64,000 nt of DNA from Thermoplasmata archaeon (GTDB lineage: Archaea; Thermoplasmatota; Thermoplasmata; Thermoplasmatales; GCA-001856825). The notes below the pieces were generated by a model. The model had not been told where the DNA came from. It made no database searches and worked only from the letters and a program-made list of their open reading frames with translations. This document shows positions 47,639-55,977 of this stretch, one piece after another. The stretch is from the NCBI GenBank assembly GCA_049966795.1, contig JBMFTY010000003.1, positions 3,447 through 67,446 of the forward strand. Reading direction: 5' to 3'. The position numbers were made by a program, and so were the translations under genes. Position 1 is the first letter of the stretch. Each line of letters starts with the position of its first letter.

Positions 47639-48021
47639 ACGTCAGGAAGGTCATAAGATCCGTGCTTCTTTACGGTGTCACTGCTGGTGTTGCCTTCGTT
47701 GTCGCTGGCCTGGTGCTCTCCTTTGTGATAGAGTGGACGTTCTCCTGCTCCATGTCTTACATAATTTCCGTGGCCCAGCTGAATTTCAGTCTTTTAAAAT
47801 TCACGTCAATGATCGATGTAACAAGAGACTTCCCCCTTGCACTCATGAGCATAGGGATCACGATACTCATTTTCGTTCCCGTCGTCAGGGCAATGTTGAC
47901 AGTGCTGATGTTCATAGTGGATGATGACAAGCTCTATGCCTTTTTGTGCGCACTGGTAGTTCTGATTGTGCTCTTGAGCTTCCTCGTGGTCGGACCTATC
48001 ATGCATGGGTTCGGGCGGTGA
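47626..48021 (+). CDS. DUF1634 membrane protein
   Basis: 131 aa with 3-4 TM helices. It overlaps the TSUP gene by 13 nt and has a TTG start. Confidence 0.65.
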   Translation: MVQVNVRKVIRSVLLYGVTAGVAFVVAGLVLSFVIEWTFSCSMSYIISVAQLNFSLLKFTSMIDVTRDFPLALMSIGITILIFVPVVRAMLTVLMFIVDDDKLYAFLCALVVLIVLLSFLVVGPIMHGFGR

Positions 48022-48057
48022 GGTAATTTAATTAACAGCATATTCAATATATTTCCC

Positions 48058-48636
48058 ATGGCAAAGATTGCATCGAGAAGGAGCCTGAGTGTTGCCGGAA
48101 TCATTCTCTTCCTTGCTACTGTGCAGTTTGTGATAATGCTTTTCGTGACCGAGGCTATGTATTCAGGCTACAGCGTCTCAGGAAACTATATAAGCGACCT
48201 TGGGGTCGGACCGACCGGACCATACTTCAACGCATCCATCTCCGCACTCGGCCTCGCGGTGATGGCGGATTCCTTCTTCATTCACAGAGGTTTCAGGTCT
48301 TCTGTGTTCACAGCGCTGATCGCCATGACAGGCCTGGGTGCACTGCTCGTTGGGGTCTTCAACGAAAACTTCGGGGTGATTCACTCTTACGTTTCATATT
48401 TCACCTTCATAGTTGGCCCGCTGACCGCGATTTACGCCTATAGGTTTGAAAGTGGGGCAATGACATTCATTTCAATCATCCTTGGGATCCTGTCGTATGT
48501 GGCCATCGTGTTTTACCTCGTGTTTCATGCTCCAGTCATCGGAAGGGGAGGGTGGGAAAGGCTCATCGTCTACCCGTTCCTTCTCTGGGGAGTCGGGTTC
48601 GGAGGATACCTCGCTGGCCTCGGAGACAAGAGATAG
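48058..48636 (+). CDS. DUF998 family membrane protein
   Basis: Six predicted TM helices, with the GYS...NYISDLG loop typical of DUF998. Confidence 0.6.
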   Translation: MAKIASRRSLSVAGIILFLATVQFVIMLFVTEAMYSGYSVSGNYISDLGVGPTGPYFNASISALGLAVMADSFFIHRGFRSSVFTALIAMTGLGALLVGVFNENFGVIHSYVSYFTFIVGPLTAIYAYRFESGAMTFISIILGILSYVAIVFYLVFHAPVIGRGGWERLIVYPFLLWGVGFGGYLAGLGDKR

Positions 48637-48637
48637 G

Positions 48638-49768
48638 CTATTCTCCCCCTTCATCGGGGAAACCAAGCTCCTTTATGTCCTGAAGTGTTGGCCCCACGAT
48701 CCCCTGAAGCTCTCCAAACATCGAGGTGACACCGATCTCAGCCCTCTCTATCTCCTTTGCCCTCTTTGCCCAGAGCCTCTCCATTGCCCTCTTTTCCGCG
48801 TCAAGGTCTTCCTTCATCTTCCTTATTGAACCGACGACACTCTCTATCCTCTGCCTGAACTGCGGGCTGGTGAAGTATCTGTATAGTATATCTTTGGATT
48901 CGTCGGTGCTCTGCCCTATCCTCTTCTGCCTCGCTATCTCGATGAGATTGGACCTGATTATATGCGCAAGCGGGACCGCACTTTCAAAATTCGTGACAAG
49001 GATTCCGTCCTTCATCCCGAAGGATCCCATGTCCCTGGGCATGGTCCTTGACACTATTATTCCCACCTCAGCCTTGTAATTCAGAAGGTCATCCTTCAGC
49101 TTCCCTATCCACTCGTCCTTCCAGTCCTTCGTCCTCTTAGCCTCCCAGGCGATGGAACCCGCGTCAAAACCTGCGGGCGATTTGACCCGGTGTATGATGT
49201 CAGGTCCCTTCGTTCCCACCTTAACTGGCTCAATAATATCCATTGGGAACGCGTTCCTGAGAAACTCTTCAAGCTCTATCTCAAGCGCCTCCCCCTGCAG
49301 CTGCTGTGAACCCTGTTCCAGCTTTCTCTGAAGCTCCTGAACCTTGCGCACCAGGTCCTCGTTCTTCTCCTGCATTTCCCTGCTCTTCAGGTTGAACTCA
49401 TCTTCCAGCCTTTTCCTTGTTGCATCCTCTATTCTCCTCCTTTCCTCTTCAACCCTCCTCTCTATCTCCAATTTCTGTTCCTGCATAGCCTGTTCCAGTT
49501 CCAGCCGCCTCTTTCTCTCCTCGCTCTCCCTTTTCATGGCATCTTCTAGCCTCCGGCTCTTCACCTCTAGCTGCTCCTCAATGATCTTATACTTCTCTCC
49601 CAGCTCCTCTTCCCTTTTCTCAATCTCGATCTTGAGCCTTCTATCAACTTCCTCTCTCATCTTCCTGCGATACTCCTCCTCCATTTCCTTCCTTACTGAT
49701 TCCCTAAGAGCATCTGTGACCGGTATCTCTGCCCCGCATCTCGGGCATGTTATGATTCCCTCGTCCAT
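48638..49768 (-). CDS. DUF2130-like protein: zinc ribbon, long coiled coil and PD-(D/E)xK-like C-terminal domain
   Basis: CPRCGAEIP N-terminus, about 150 aa of E/K/R-rich heptad-like sequence, then GPDIIHRV...IAWEAKRTK (D...ExK). Confidence 0.7.
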   Translation of the reverse strand: MDEGIITCPRCGAEIPVTDALRESVRKEMEEEYRRKMREEVDRRLKIEIEKREEELGEKYKIIEEQLEVKSRRLEDAMKRESEERKRRLELEQAMQEQKLEIERRVEEERRRIEDATRKRLEDEFNLKSREMQEKNEDLVRKVQELQRKLEQGSQQLQGEALEIELEEFLRNAFPMDIIEPVKVGTKGPDIIHRVKSPAGFDAGSIAWEAKRTKDWKDEWIGKLKDDLLNYKAEVGIIVSRTMPRDMGSFGMKDGILVTNFESAVPLAHIIRSNLIEIARQKRIGQSTDESKDILYRYFTSPQFRQRIESVVGSIRKMKEDLDAEKRAMERLWAKRAKEIERAEIGVTSMFGELQGIVGPTLQDIKELGFPDEGGE

Positions 49769-49898
49769 GGATAAATCATCTTTCCTTCGTATTAATCCTT
49801 TATTAACTGCGGTGAAAAAATAAGAAATGTTTTAATAAAGTGATTCCAATTCCCCCTCGGGGTGATCGGTTCCATGTCCATAAGGAGAAGGCCGGACG

Positions 49899-49925
49899 AT
49901 GACGACGATGAGGACGATGACGACG
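49899..49925 (+). repeat. 9-nt tandem repeat x3, each unit starting with ATG
   Basis: ATGACGACG ATGAGGACG ATGACGACG at the 5' end of the GNAT ORF. Confidence 0.8.
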
Positions 49926-50396
49926 ACTTCTGACATCATTGTGCGAAGGGGATCAATTCTTGACATCGAGGCCGTCCAATCCATTGAGTGCAGGGCCTTC
50001 GGTGTTCATGCGTACAGCAGGGGAGAGATCGAGAATATGCTCACCTTCGAAAATTCCGTGACTTTCATCCTTGAGGTTGATGGGAGGGTCGCCGGATACT
50101 CCTCTCTTTTTTTCAGCAGGAAGGGTAAAATTGCCCATGTGGAGAGCATCGCCGTTGATCCTGTGTTTCAGGGAAGCGGGCTAGGCAGGAAGCTGATGGA
50201 TGCAATGGAGAATGAGGCGCGGGACAGGGGATGCGAGAAGATTGTCCTCGAGACTTTTGAGAAGAACGAGAGGGCCCTCAGGATGTACCTGAAGAGAGGC
50301 TACCTTGTAAAGGGAATAGTGGAAGGGTATTACACAATTCCATATGAAGGTTCAAGGAACGCTGTAAGGCTCGAGAAGGACATTAAGGTGAAATAG
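49899..50396 (+). CDS. GNAT acetyltransferase (RimI-like)
   Basis: IAVDPVFQGSGLGRKLM motif. Which of the three repeated ATGs is used is undetermined. Confidence 0.8.
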   Translation: MTTMRTMTTTSDIIVRRGSILDIEAVQSIECRAFGVHAYSRGEIENMLTFENSVTFILEVDGRVAGYSSLFFSRKGKIAHVESIAVDPVFQGSGLGRKLMDAMENEARDRGCEKIVLETFEKNERALRMYLKRGYLVKGIVEGYYTIPYEGSRNAVRLEKDIKVK

Positions 50397-50416
50397 TCAT
50401 CCCGCATACGGAACCA

Positions 50417-50836
50417 ATGACAAGAGTTCTAGCCACTGGAGTTTTCGACATACTTCACCCGGGACATGTGTATTATCTAACGGAATCAAAGAAGCTTGGA
50501 GATGAGCTGATTGTGGTTGTTGCGAGGGACTCCGTGGCTGAGAAGATGAAACGCCTTCCCCTGATACCGGAGAACATCAGGGTGAAGATGGTTGAAGCCC
50601 TCAAACCCGTGGATAAGGCGATTTTGGGCCTTGAGGGGAACATATATGACATTCTGCCAATAGTGAAGCCTGATATTGTTGCCTTGGGTTACGATCAGGA
50701 CTTTGATAGCGAGGAGATAGTAAGGGAGGCAAAGAAGAGAGGCATAGACCTGAAGGTAGTGAGGATCAGCCAGTATTCAGAGACGGAGTTCAACGGGACC
50801 AGGAAGATAATAAGCTACCTCAAGGGAAGATCATAG
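50417..50836 (+). CDS. ribL: FAD synthase, archaeal RibL type (cytidylyltransferase fold)
   Basis: VLATGVFDILHPGHVYYL (HxGH) and the size of 139 aa match RibL. Confidence 0.85.
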   Translation: MTRVLATGVFDILHPGHVYYLTESKKLGDELIVVVARDSVAEKMKRLPLIPENIRVKMVEALKPVDKAILGLEGNIYDILPIVKPDIVALGYDQDFDSEEIVREAKKRGIDLKVVRISQYSETEFNGTRKIISYLKGRS

Positions 50837-51577
50837 GTCGGGCCACTCTTTCATTTTTGAAAGTCGCTCGCCGATGAACCCTATAGCCCTCGTCGTGTTC
50901 TCCCTATTGTTGTAGTGAAGGGAAGAGCCTGAGAATTCCTCCTTATTCATTGCATTGAAATTCCTGAAGACGCGCTGCACGTCATCCATTATCGTGATGT
51001 CCCCGTATCTCGAGGTTCTCGAGAGGGGGTTGAGATCGATCGCTATGATGAACTTGCCCATCCTCCTGAGGGCTTCAGCCCTGTCCCCGTCCTCAAGGGG
51101 AATTAAGACTGTGTCTGCGCTGAATATTCCTTTGGATTCGCATTTCCCCCTGTTGCTCTCAAGACCGGGAATGGATGCATCCTGGTTGAGCCCCAGGATG
51201 TCAAGTCCCAGAGATTTGAAGTGATCCACTATGAGCTTCATCCTCTCCTCAGACCAGTAGAATATGTTGGCCTCAACAGTGACCCCGTATTTCCTGGCAA
51301 ACTCAACTATTTCCTCCCCCGCAAGGGCTGCAACGTTACCGTTCACTGATAGCACTGGCTTACTGGATCTGAGAATTTTGTCCAGGGCAGCCTTTTCTGC
51401 CTCGTAGGCGAAAGGCTGCGTTTTTTCACCGATGATGTAGTCAAAAGCTTCCCCCCTCCCATGGGATATAAGGCCCGATATCGTGACTATTCCTCTTTTG
51501 TAAAAATCGATCAGCCTCTCCCTCCGTACGAGGCTCTCATACCTTGGATGTCCCCTTGGCAGCTCCAACCTGCTCAC
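50831..51577 (-). CDS. 4-phosphopantoate--beta-alanine ligase (archaeal phosphopantothenate synthetase)
   Basis: HPRYESL....L........I....GLI.HGRGEAFDY.IGE is the hallmark N-terminus of the COG1701 family. Confidence 0.85.
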   Translation of the reverse strand: MSRLELPRGHPRYESLVRRERLIDFYKRGIVTISGLISHGRGEAFDYIIGEKTQPFAYEAEKAALDKILRSSKPVLSVNGNVAALAGEEIVEFARKYGVTVEANIFYWSEERMKLIVDHFKSLGLDILGLNQDASIPGLESNRGKCESKGIFSADTVLIPLEDGDRAEALRRMGKFIIAIDLNPLSRTSRYGDITIMDDVQRVFRNFNAMNKEEFSGSSLHYNNRENTTRAIGFIGERLSKMKEWPDL

Positions 51578-52862
51578 CCACGATCCTGTTCACTATTCCG
51601 AGAAATTCATCCTCCTTCCCGAAGGGGATCTCCCCGCCTGCGGCTATGTCATGGCCTCCCCCATGACCACCCACTTCCTTCGCAGCCGTTCCTATGGCTT
51701 TGGAAAGATCAACCCCAGCAGCGACCTGGTCCTTGGTTGCCCTCCCAGATATCTTGTATTCTTTGTTTCTGTACATCGCGACAACGGGCTTCCTGACTTT
51801 GGAAACGTATATTGCTAGTGTGCTCGCCGTCACTCCGGCAAGGAATGGGTTGTCAACATAAGTTGTCATAACCTTTCCAATGTCCTTGAGCAGCTTTGAG
51901 GATTTGTCGATCTGCTCAAGGGTTTCTTCCCGGAATTTTGAGAAAATGGAGTTCATCTCCTCTACAGCTTCATCATTTCCCAGGAACCAGGATACAGGCA
52001 GCCCCATCCTTCCGTTCCTGCCCGAAGCATCCATGTATTCAAAAAGAAGGTTGCTTGACATCCTTATCTCCGGGAAATTGAATATGTCAGATACGAGAGT
52101 TTCATACCCTTCGCGGGACACATCCTGTTCTATGAGCTTCATTGTAAGGGCTTCCACCACCTTTTCCTTCTCGTCAGTCTTGAGATTTAAGACAGGGGCA
52201 TCAGGGTCTATTCCCAACCCTTCCACGAAGAACCTGGAAGCCTCCATGTTACCGCTTAGCCCGATGAAATATGGGTCTATTGACAGGTAGATCCCTTCTG
52301 AAATTGATCTTCCGACAAGCGCTATATCCTTGGTCGCGGGATATTTCTGTTTCAGGCTGGAAACTAAGGCTGAATTTATCCCCTGAAACCCTCCTATGTT
52401 TTGCTTGTCCCCTATGACCCCTGCTATAAACGCGGGAAACAGGTCTTCGTTGGACTGGTCTATCCTTAGGGAAAGGAGGAATGCGACAGTGCTGGAACAC
52501 GCTTCCCTTGTACCATCGTAGCCGAACTTCCTTGGATTCAGGTTTGTCAGGGGTCCGGGTGAAGAGAACATGTGATGGTCCACTATCACCCCCTTCGCAT
52601 TGGGCAGCGGAGGCACATCCGATCCCAGGTCGCTCAGGATGAGAATCGAGTCCCCGGCCTCCCTGATTGAGTCCCCATCCATTGACCGGAGGAACGAAAG
52701 ATGAAAATCCTTGTTCAGGCGTCTTAGGGTCTGCGATATTATTACGGCTGAAGCAACGCCGTCCGCGTCATAATGGGAGAAAACCCTGAAGAAGCTTCCC
52801 TCTTCGATTAGCTTTGCCGCCTTTCCCAGTTCTTCGTCGTAGTTTTCTGTTACAGCTATCAT
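51537..52862 (-). CDS. DHH/DHHA1 phosphoesterase, archaeal RecJ-like
   Basis: SHYDADGV (DHH motif I), DHH in VIVDHHM, and C-terminal GGHGGGHDIAAGG (DHHA1). Confidence 0.8.
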   Translation of the reverse strand: MIAVTENYDEELGKAAKLIEEGSFFRVFSHYDADGVASAVIISQTLRRLNKDFHLSFLRSMDGDSIREAGDSILILSDLGSDVPPLPNAKGVIVDHHMFSSPGPLTNLNPRKFGYDGTREACSSTVAFLLSLRIDQSNEDLFPAFIAGVIGDKQNIGGFQGINSALVSSLKQKYPATKDIALVGRSISEGIYLSIDPYFIGLSGNMEASRFFVEGLGIDPDAPVLNLKTDEKEKVVEALTMKLIEQDVSREGYETLVSDIFNFPEIRMSSNLLFEYMDASGRNGRMGLPVSWFLGNDEAVEEMNSIFSKFREETLEQIDKSSKLLKDIGKVMTTYVDNPFLAGVTASTLAIYVSKVRKPVVAMYRNKEYKISGRATKDQVAAGVDLSKAIGTAAKEVGGHGGGHDIAAGGEIPFGKEDEFLGIVNRIVGEQVGAAKGTSKV

Positions 52863-53314
52863 CTGGCCGTTATCTCTTGCTCTGCCCTTACATATGACCA
52901 GCTAGGCTGCAGCAAGTTCTTCCTCTTATAGTAGTCGGAAAGCCTCTTGATCTTCGCCTCTATCAGTTCGAGACCCCTCCTGTTTTTAAGGTCCTTGGGG
53001 TTAGATGCCAGGTGCTTGATCAGGCTCGATGCCTTTTCCACGAGGGCCGCAAGGTCTTCAGGAACCTGATCCTTCAAATTCCCCCTTTCAAGTATCTTGG
53101 ACATCCTTTCCCCTGCAACCTCTTTCACCTTCGGGATTCCGTACTGATCCCTAAGAATCATCCCTATCCTGGATTTTGTGAAACCTTCATTTCTCAATTT
53201 GATAACGAGTTGCTCTAACTCTTCCTTTCCTATGCTAACCCAGTTTGGTTTTCCCTCTCTCAGGGGACGTTTTGACCCAGCTTTTCCACGCTTTCTGGTA
53301 TGCATCCGAGCCAT
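52859..53314 (-). CDS. rps15: 30S ribosomal protein S15 (S13e)
   Basis: MARMHTRKRGKAGS..P.......W..........V..L...G...S.IG..LRDQYGIP. Confidence 0.95.
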   Translation of the reverse strand: MARMHTRKRGKAGSKRPLREGKPNWVSIGKEELEQLVIKLRNEGFTKSRIGMILRDQYGIPKVKEVAGERMSKILERGNLKDQVPEDLAALVEKASSLIKHLASNPKDLKNRRGLELIEAKIKRLSDYYKRKNLLQPSWSYVRAEQEITAR

Positions 53315-53370
53315 TGTTGCACCTTTTCTCGTCCATTCAATTTTAATACTTAAATTTTGATTAGGCAGCC

Positions 53371-54453
53371 GTGCTCGATTTTTTGGTCATTGGGGCCGGG
53401 CCCTCCGGATCCCATGTTTCGGCCTTGCTGGCCCGCATGGGATTCTCGGTGAGGATCGTGGACCTGAAGGAGGAGATAGGGATCCCGAATCATTGTTCCG
53501 GCCTAGTTGACAGGAGGGTGGTGGAAATAGTTGGGGATGACCTAGTGATTGATAGACCGTTATCCGCGACTGTCTTCACTCCATCGGGCTCGTTCACGCT
53601 AAGATCGGAAAGGATGTTCGTTCTCGACAGGATTTCTCTGGATAGAAAACTGGCGGAGAGTGCCCTGTCGGAGGGTGCAACGCTGGACAGGAGAACGATG
53701 CTGATAGGCCTCAGGCAAGAAAATGGGAGCGTTGCCTCGCACCTCAGAAGGGGCGGCTCCTCCGAGATAGTGAGGTCCAAATACGTGATAGGCGCAGACG
53801 GCCCAACTAGCGCAGTAAGACGATTCCTCGGATTTCCCAAGCCTAAGCTATTGAGGTCCATTCAATATGATCTGAGGGGAAAAACGGACTCCGTCAAAAT
53901 ATTCCTTGATAGGAGCAAGCTTCCCGATTTCTTCGCATGGGAGATTCCCCATGGTGGAGAAACGGAGATCGGGGCATCCGGCGGGGGCTCCCTCGAGATC
54001 GTCAATGCTCTTGCAAAGGGAGAAGTAATAAGAAAAAGAGGTGGGGTGATACCCATTGGAAACGTAACCCCAGGCTCGGGAAACTGCTTCCTTGTGGGAG
54101 ATGCCGCCGGAATGAACAAGGCAACAACCGGAGGAGGTCTGTACGGTTCCCTCGTTTCTGGAGGGGTTCTCGCCGCTTCCATTTCAGACGGAGGTGATGT
54201 AAAGGAATACGGAAGAAGGCTCCTGAGGGGTTTCGGCGGGGAGGTGAACAGGGCCCTGAAGCTCAGAAACATTCTTGACTCTGTGGAAAGGTACTACGGA
54301 TTATGGGTCCCTTTCGTTAAAAGAAGCATCAACGGGATAAATAATGTGGGGGACGTGGACTACCCCTCAAAGGCATTCCTCTATCTCCTTGCAACCTCAC
54401 CCCTGACTTTCCCCCTGGCATTCAGGAACGTGATAAAGAATTTCAGTCCTTGA
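53371..54453 (+). CDS. geranylgeranyl reductase family FAD-dependent oxidoreductase
   Basis: VIGAGPSGS dinucleotide motif, GADG and GDAAG motifs. GTG start. Confidence 0.8.
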   Translation: MLDFLVIGAGPSGSHVSALLARMGFSVRIVDLKEEIGIPNHCSGLVDRRVVEIVGDDLVIDRPLSATVFTPSGSFTLRSERMFVLDRISLDRKLAESALSEGATLDRRTMLIGLRQENGSVASHLRRGGSSEIVRSKYVIGADGPTSAVRRFLGFPKPKLLRSIQYDLRGKTDSVKIFLDRSKLPDFFAWEIPHGGETEIGASGGGSLEIVNALAKGEVIRKRGGVIPIGNVTPGSGNCFLVGDAAGMNKATTGGGLYGSLVSGGVLAASISDGGDVKEYGRRLLRGFGGEVNRALKLRNILDSVERYYGLWVPFVKRSINGINNVGDVDYPSKAFLYLLATSPLTFPLAFRNVIKNFSP

Positions 54454-54928
54454 CTGTTTGAAAGACCACGTGGGATATCGTGGTTTCAACGCCTGGATAG
54501 GATCTTATCTTGTTCACAACCTTCTCTCCGAGCTCCCTTATGCTCTTCGCTCTCACTTTCACAAGAATATCGAACTCCCCGGCCATAATGTAGACCTCGT
54601 CAACACCCTCTATCTTCGATATTGCTGCTGCAAGCTTCTCCTGAGAAAGCTCCTCATTCTTCTTGTACGAGATTAAAACGAAGGCAAGAACCTGCTGGCC
54701 TATCGCCTCGTAATTAACGCTTACGGTGAAGTTCCTTATGACACCGAGTCTGAGAAGTTTTTCAATCCTCTCAGCAACGGTGACCCTATTTATTCCTAGG
54801 GAGTCTGATATAGCGGTAACCTTCTCCCTCCCCCTCGTTTTCAGATACTCTAAAATTTGTAAATCAATATCATCAATTTCCTTCATGTTGTTAATATTTA
54901 CTTCATATATATAACATTTTGACTTCAA
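54443..54928 (-). CDS. Lrp/AsnC family transcriptional regulator
   Basis: IDDIDLQILEYL...S..LG....TV..RI..L...GVI wHTH, plus a RAM-type C-terminal domain. Confidence 0.9.
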   Translation of the reverse strand: MKSKCYIYEVNINNMKEIDDIDLQILEYLKTRGREKVTAISDSLGINRVTVAERIEKLLRLGVIRNFTVSVNYEAIGQQVLAFVLISYKKNEELSQEKLAAAISKIEGVDEVYIMAGEFDILVKVRAKSIRELGEKVVNKIRSYPGVETTISHVVFQTVKD

Positions 54929-54980
54929 ATTGCAAATTTTTCAAACGTTAATTTTATACCTTGATCATGATGAAAGCAGT

Positions 54981-55913
54981 ATGTTTCAGGAAAACCTACC
55001 AAAGCCTGTTGCAGAATTCTTCAACAGGGATCCGGAAACACTGAAGACCGGAGTGGTTGTGAACACGATAGTCAGGGCTTCCATGAAAGCGTACCTTGAC
55101 AGGAGGGGATTTGTGGAGATAAATCCTGTGATCATCAGTCCCATCTCTGACCCCTTGAATCATCCCGTTGGAGACCCGGTAATAGACTACTACGGCCACA
55201 GATACAGACTCACCAAATCTATGATCTTCCACAAGCAACTTGCGCTGACGTATTTTGACAGGATATACTCCTTCTCTCCTAACATAAGGATTGAGCCAAT
55301 CGAGAGAGCCAAAACGGGCAGGCATCTGGCAGAATTCACGCAGCTCGACCTTGAGGTGAGGGGGAAACCAAGGGAATATGTGATGAGGCTGGCTGAGGGG
55401 ATGATTAACAGGGCCATAGAGGATGTGCTGAAGAAAGTTGATAGGTCCCGCCTCAACCCTCGCATCCGACCCTTCCCGGTCCCCTTCAAGAGGGTCAGCT
55501 ATAGTGAGGCTTTCGAAAGGTTTGGGAAGAGCTTCGAGGATGAGCTGAGCCGCCTTGCGAAGGCCCCCTTCTGGATTGTGGACATCCCGCTGCCAGAGAG
55601 GGAATTCTACGACAGGGAGATTGAGGATTCCGGGTTCCTCAGGGACATGGACCTGATTTATCCTTATGGTTTCGGCGAAGCCATAAGCGGCGGAGAAAGA
55701 GAGTTTCAATACGAGAAGATCAGAGAGAGGATAAGGAAGAAGGGTCAGAGGGAGGAGGAATTCTCACTCCTACTGGCAGCCTCCAAGGTTGGTCTTAGCC
55801 CGTCATCTGGGTTCGGAATTGGGATTGAAAGATTTGTAAGGTTCATCGTTGGAGCCCGGGACATAGCAGAGGTGTCCATTTTTCCCAAGAAGATAGGAGA
55901 GCTCGTATTGTAG
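54981..55913 (+). CDS. class II aaRS catalytic-core paralog, archaeal asparagine synthetase A-like
   Basis: No anticodon-binding domain. Motif 1 region is GFVEINPVIISP, motif 2 is RIEPIE....GRHLAEFTQLDLE, and motif 3 is GFGIGIERFVRF. The ORF is open from 54930, and the ATG at 54981 is preferred. Confidence 0.7.
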   Translation: MFQENLPKPVAEFFNRDPETLKTGVVVNTIVRASMKAYLDRRGFVEINPVIISPISDPLNHPVGDPVIDYYGHRYRLTKSMIFHKQLALTYFDRIYSFSPNIRIEPIERAKTGRHLAEFTQLDLEVRGKPREYVMRLAEGMINRAIEDVLKKVDRSRLNPRIRPFPVPFKRVSYSEAFERFGKSFEDELSRLAKAPFWIVDIPLPEREFYDREIEDSGFLRDMDLIYPYGFGEAISGGEREFQYEKIRERIRKKGQREEEFSLLLAASKVGLSPSSGFGIGIERFVRFIVGARDIAEVSIFPKKIGELVL

Positions 55914-55977
55914 GGATTCAGGAATATAATTATCTTTATTAAGAAGAAGCCGATTCACGGAAGTCAGTGAACCCCCA

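Noticed and set aside
49344-49823. A 159-aa Ser/Leu-rich ORF antisense to the DUF2130-like gene.
   Set aside because: It is the complement of the E/K/R-rich coiled-coil codons (GAR/AAR read as YTC/YTT). This is a compositional artefact.
54996-55709. A 237-aa ORF antisense to the AsnA-like gene.
   Set aside because: The sense strand encodes all three class II synthetase motifs. The antisense product has no recognisable domain and an atypical composition.
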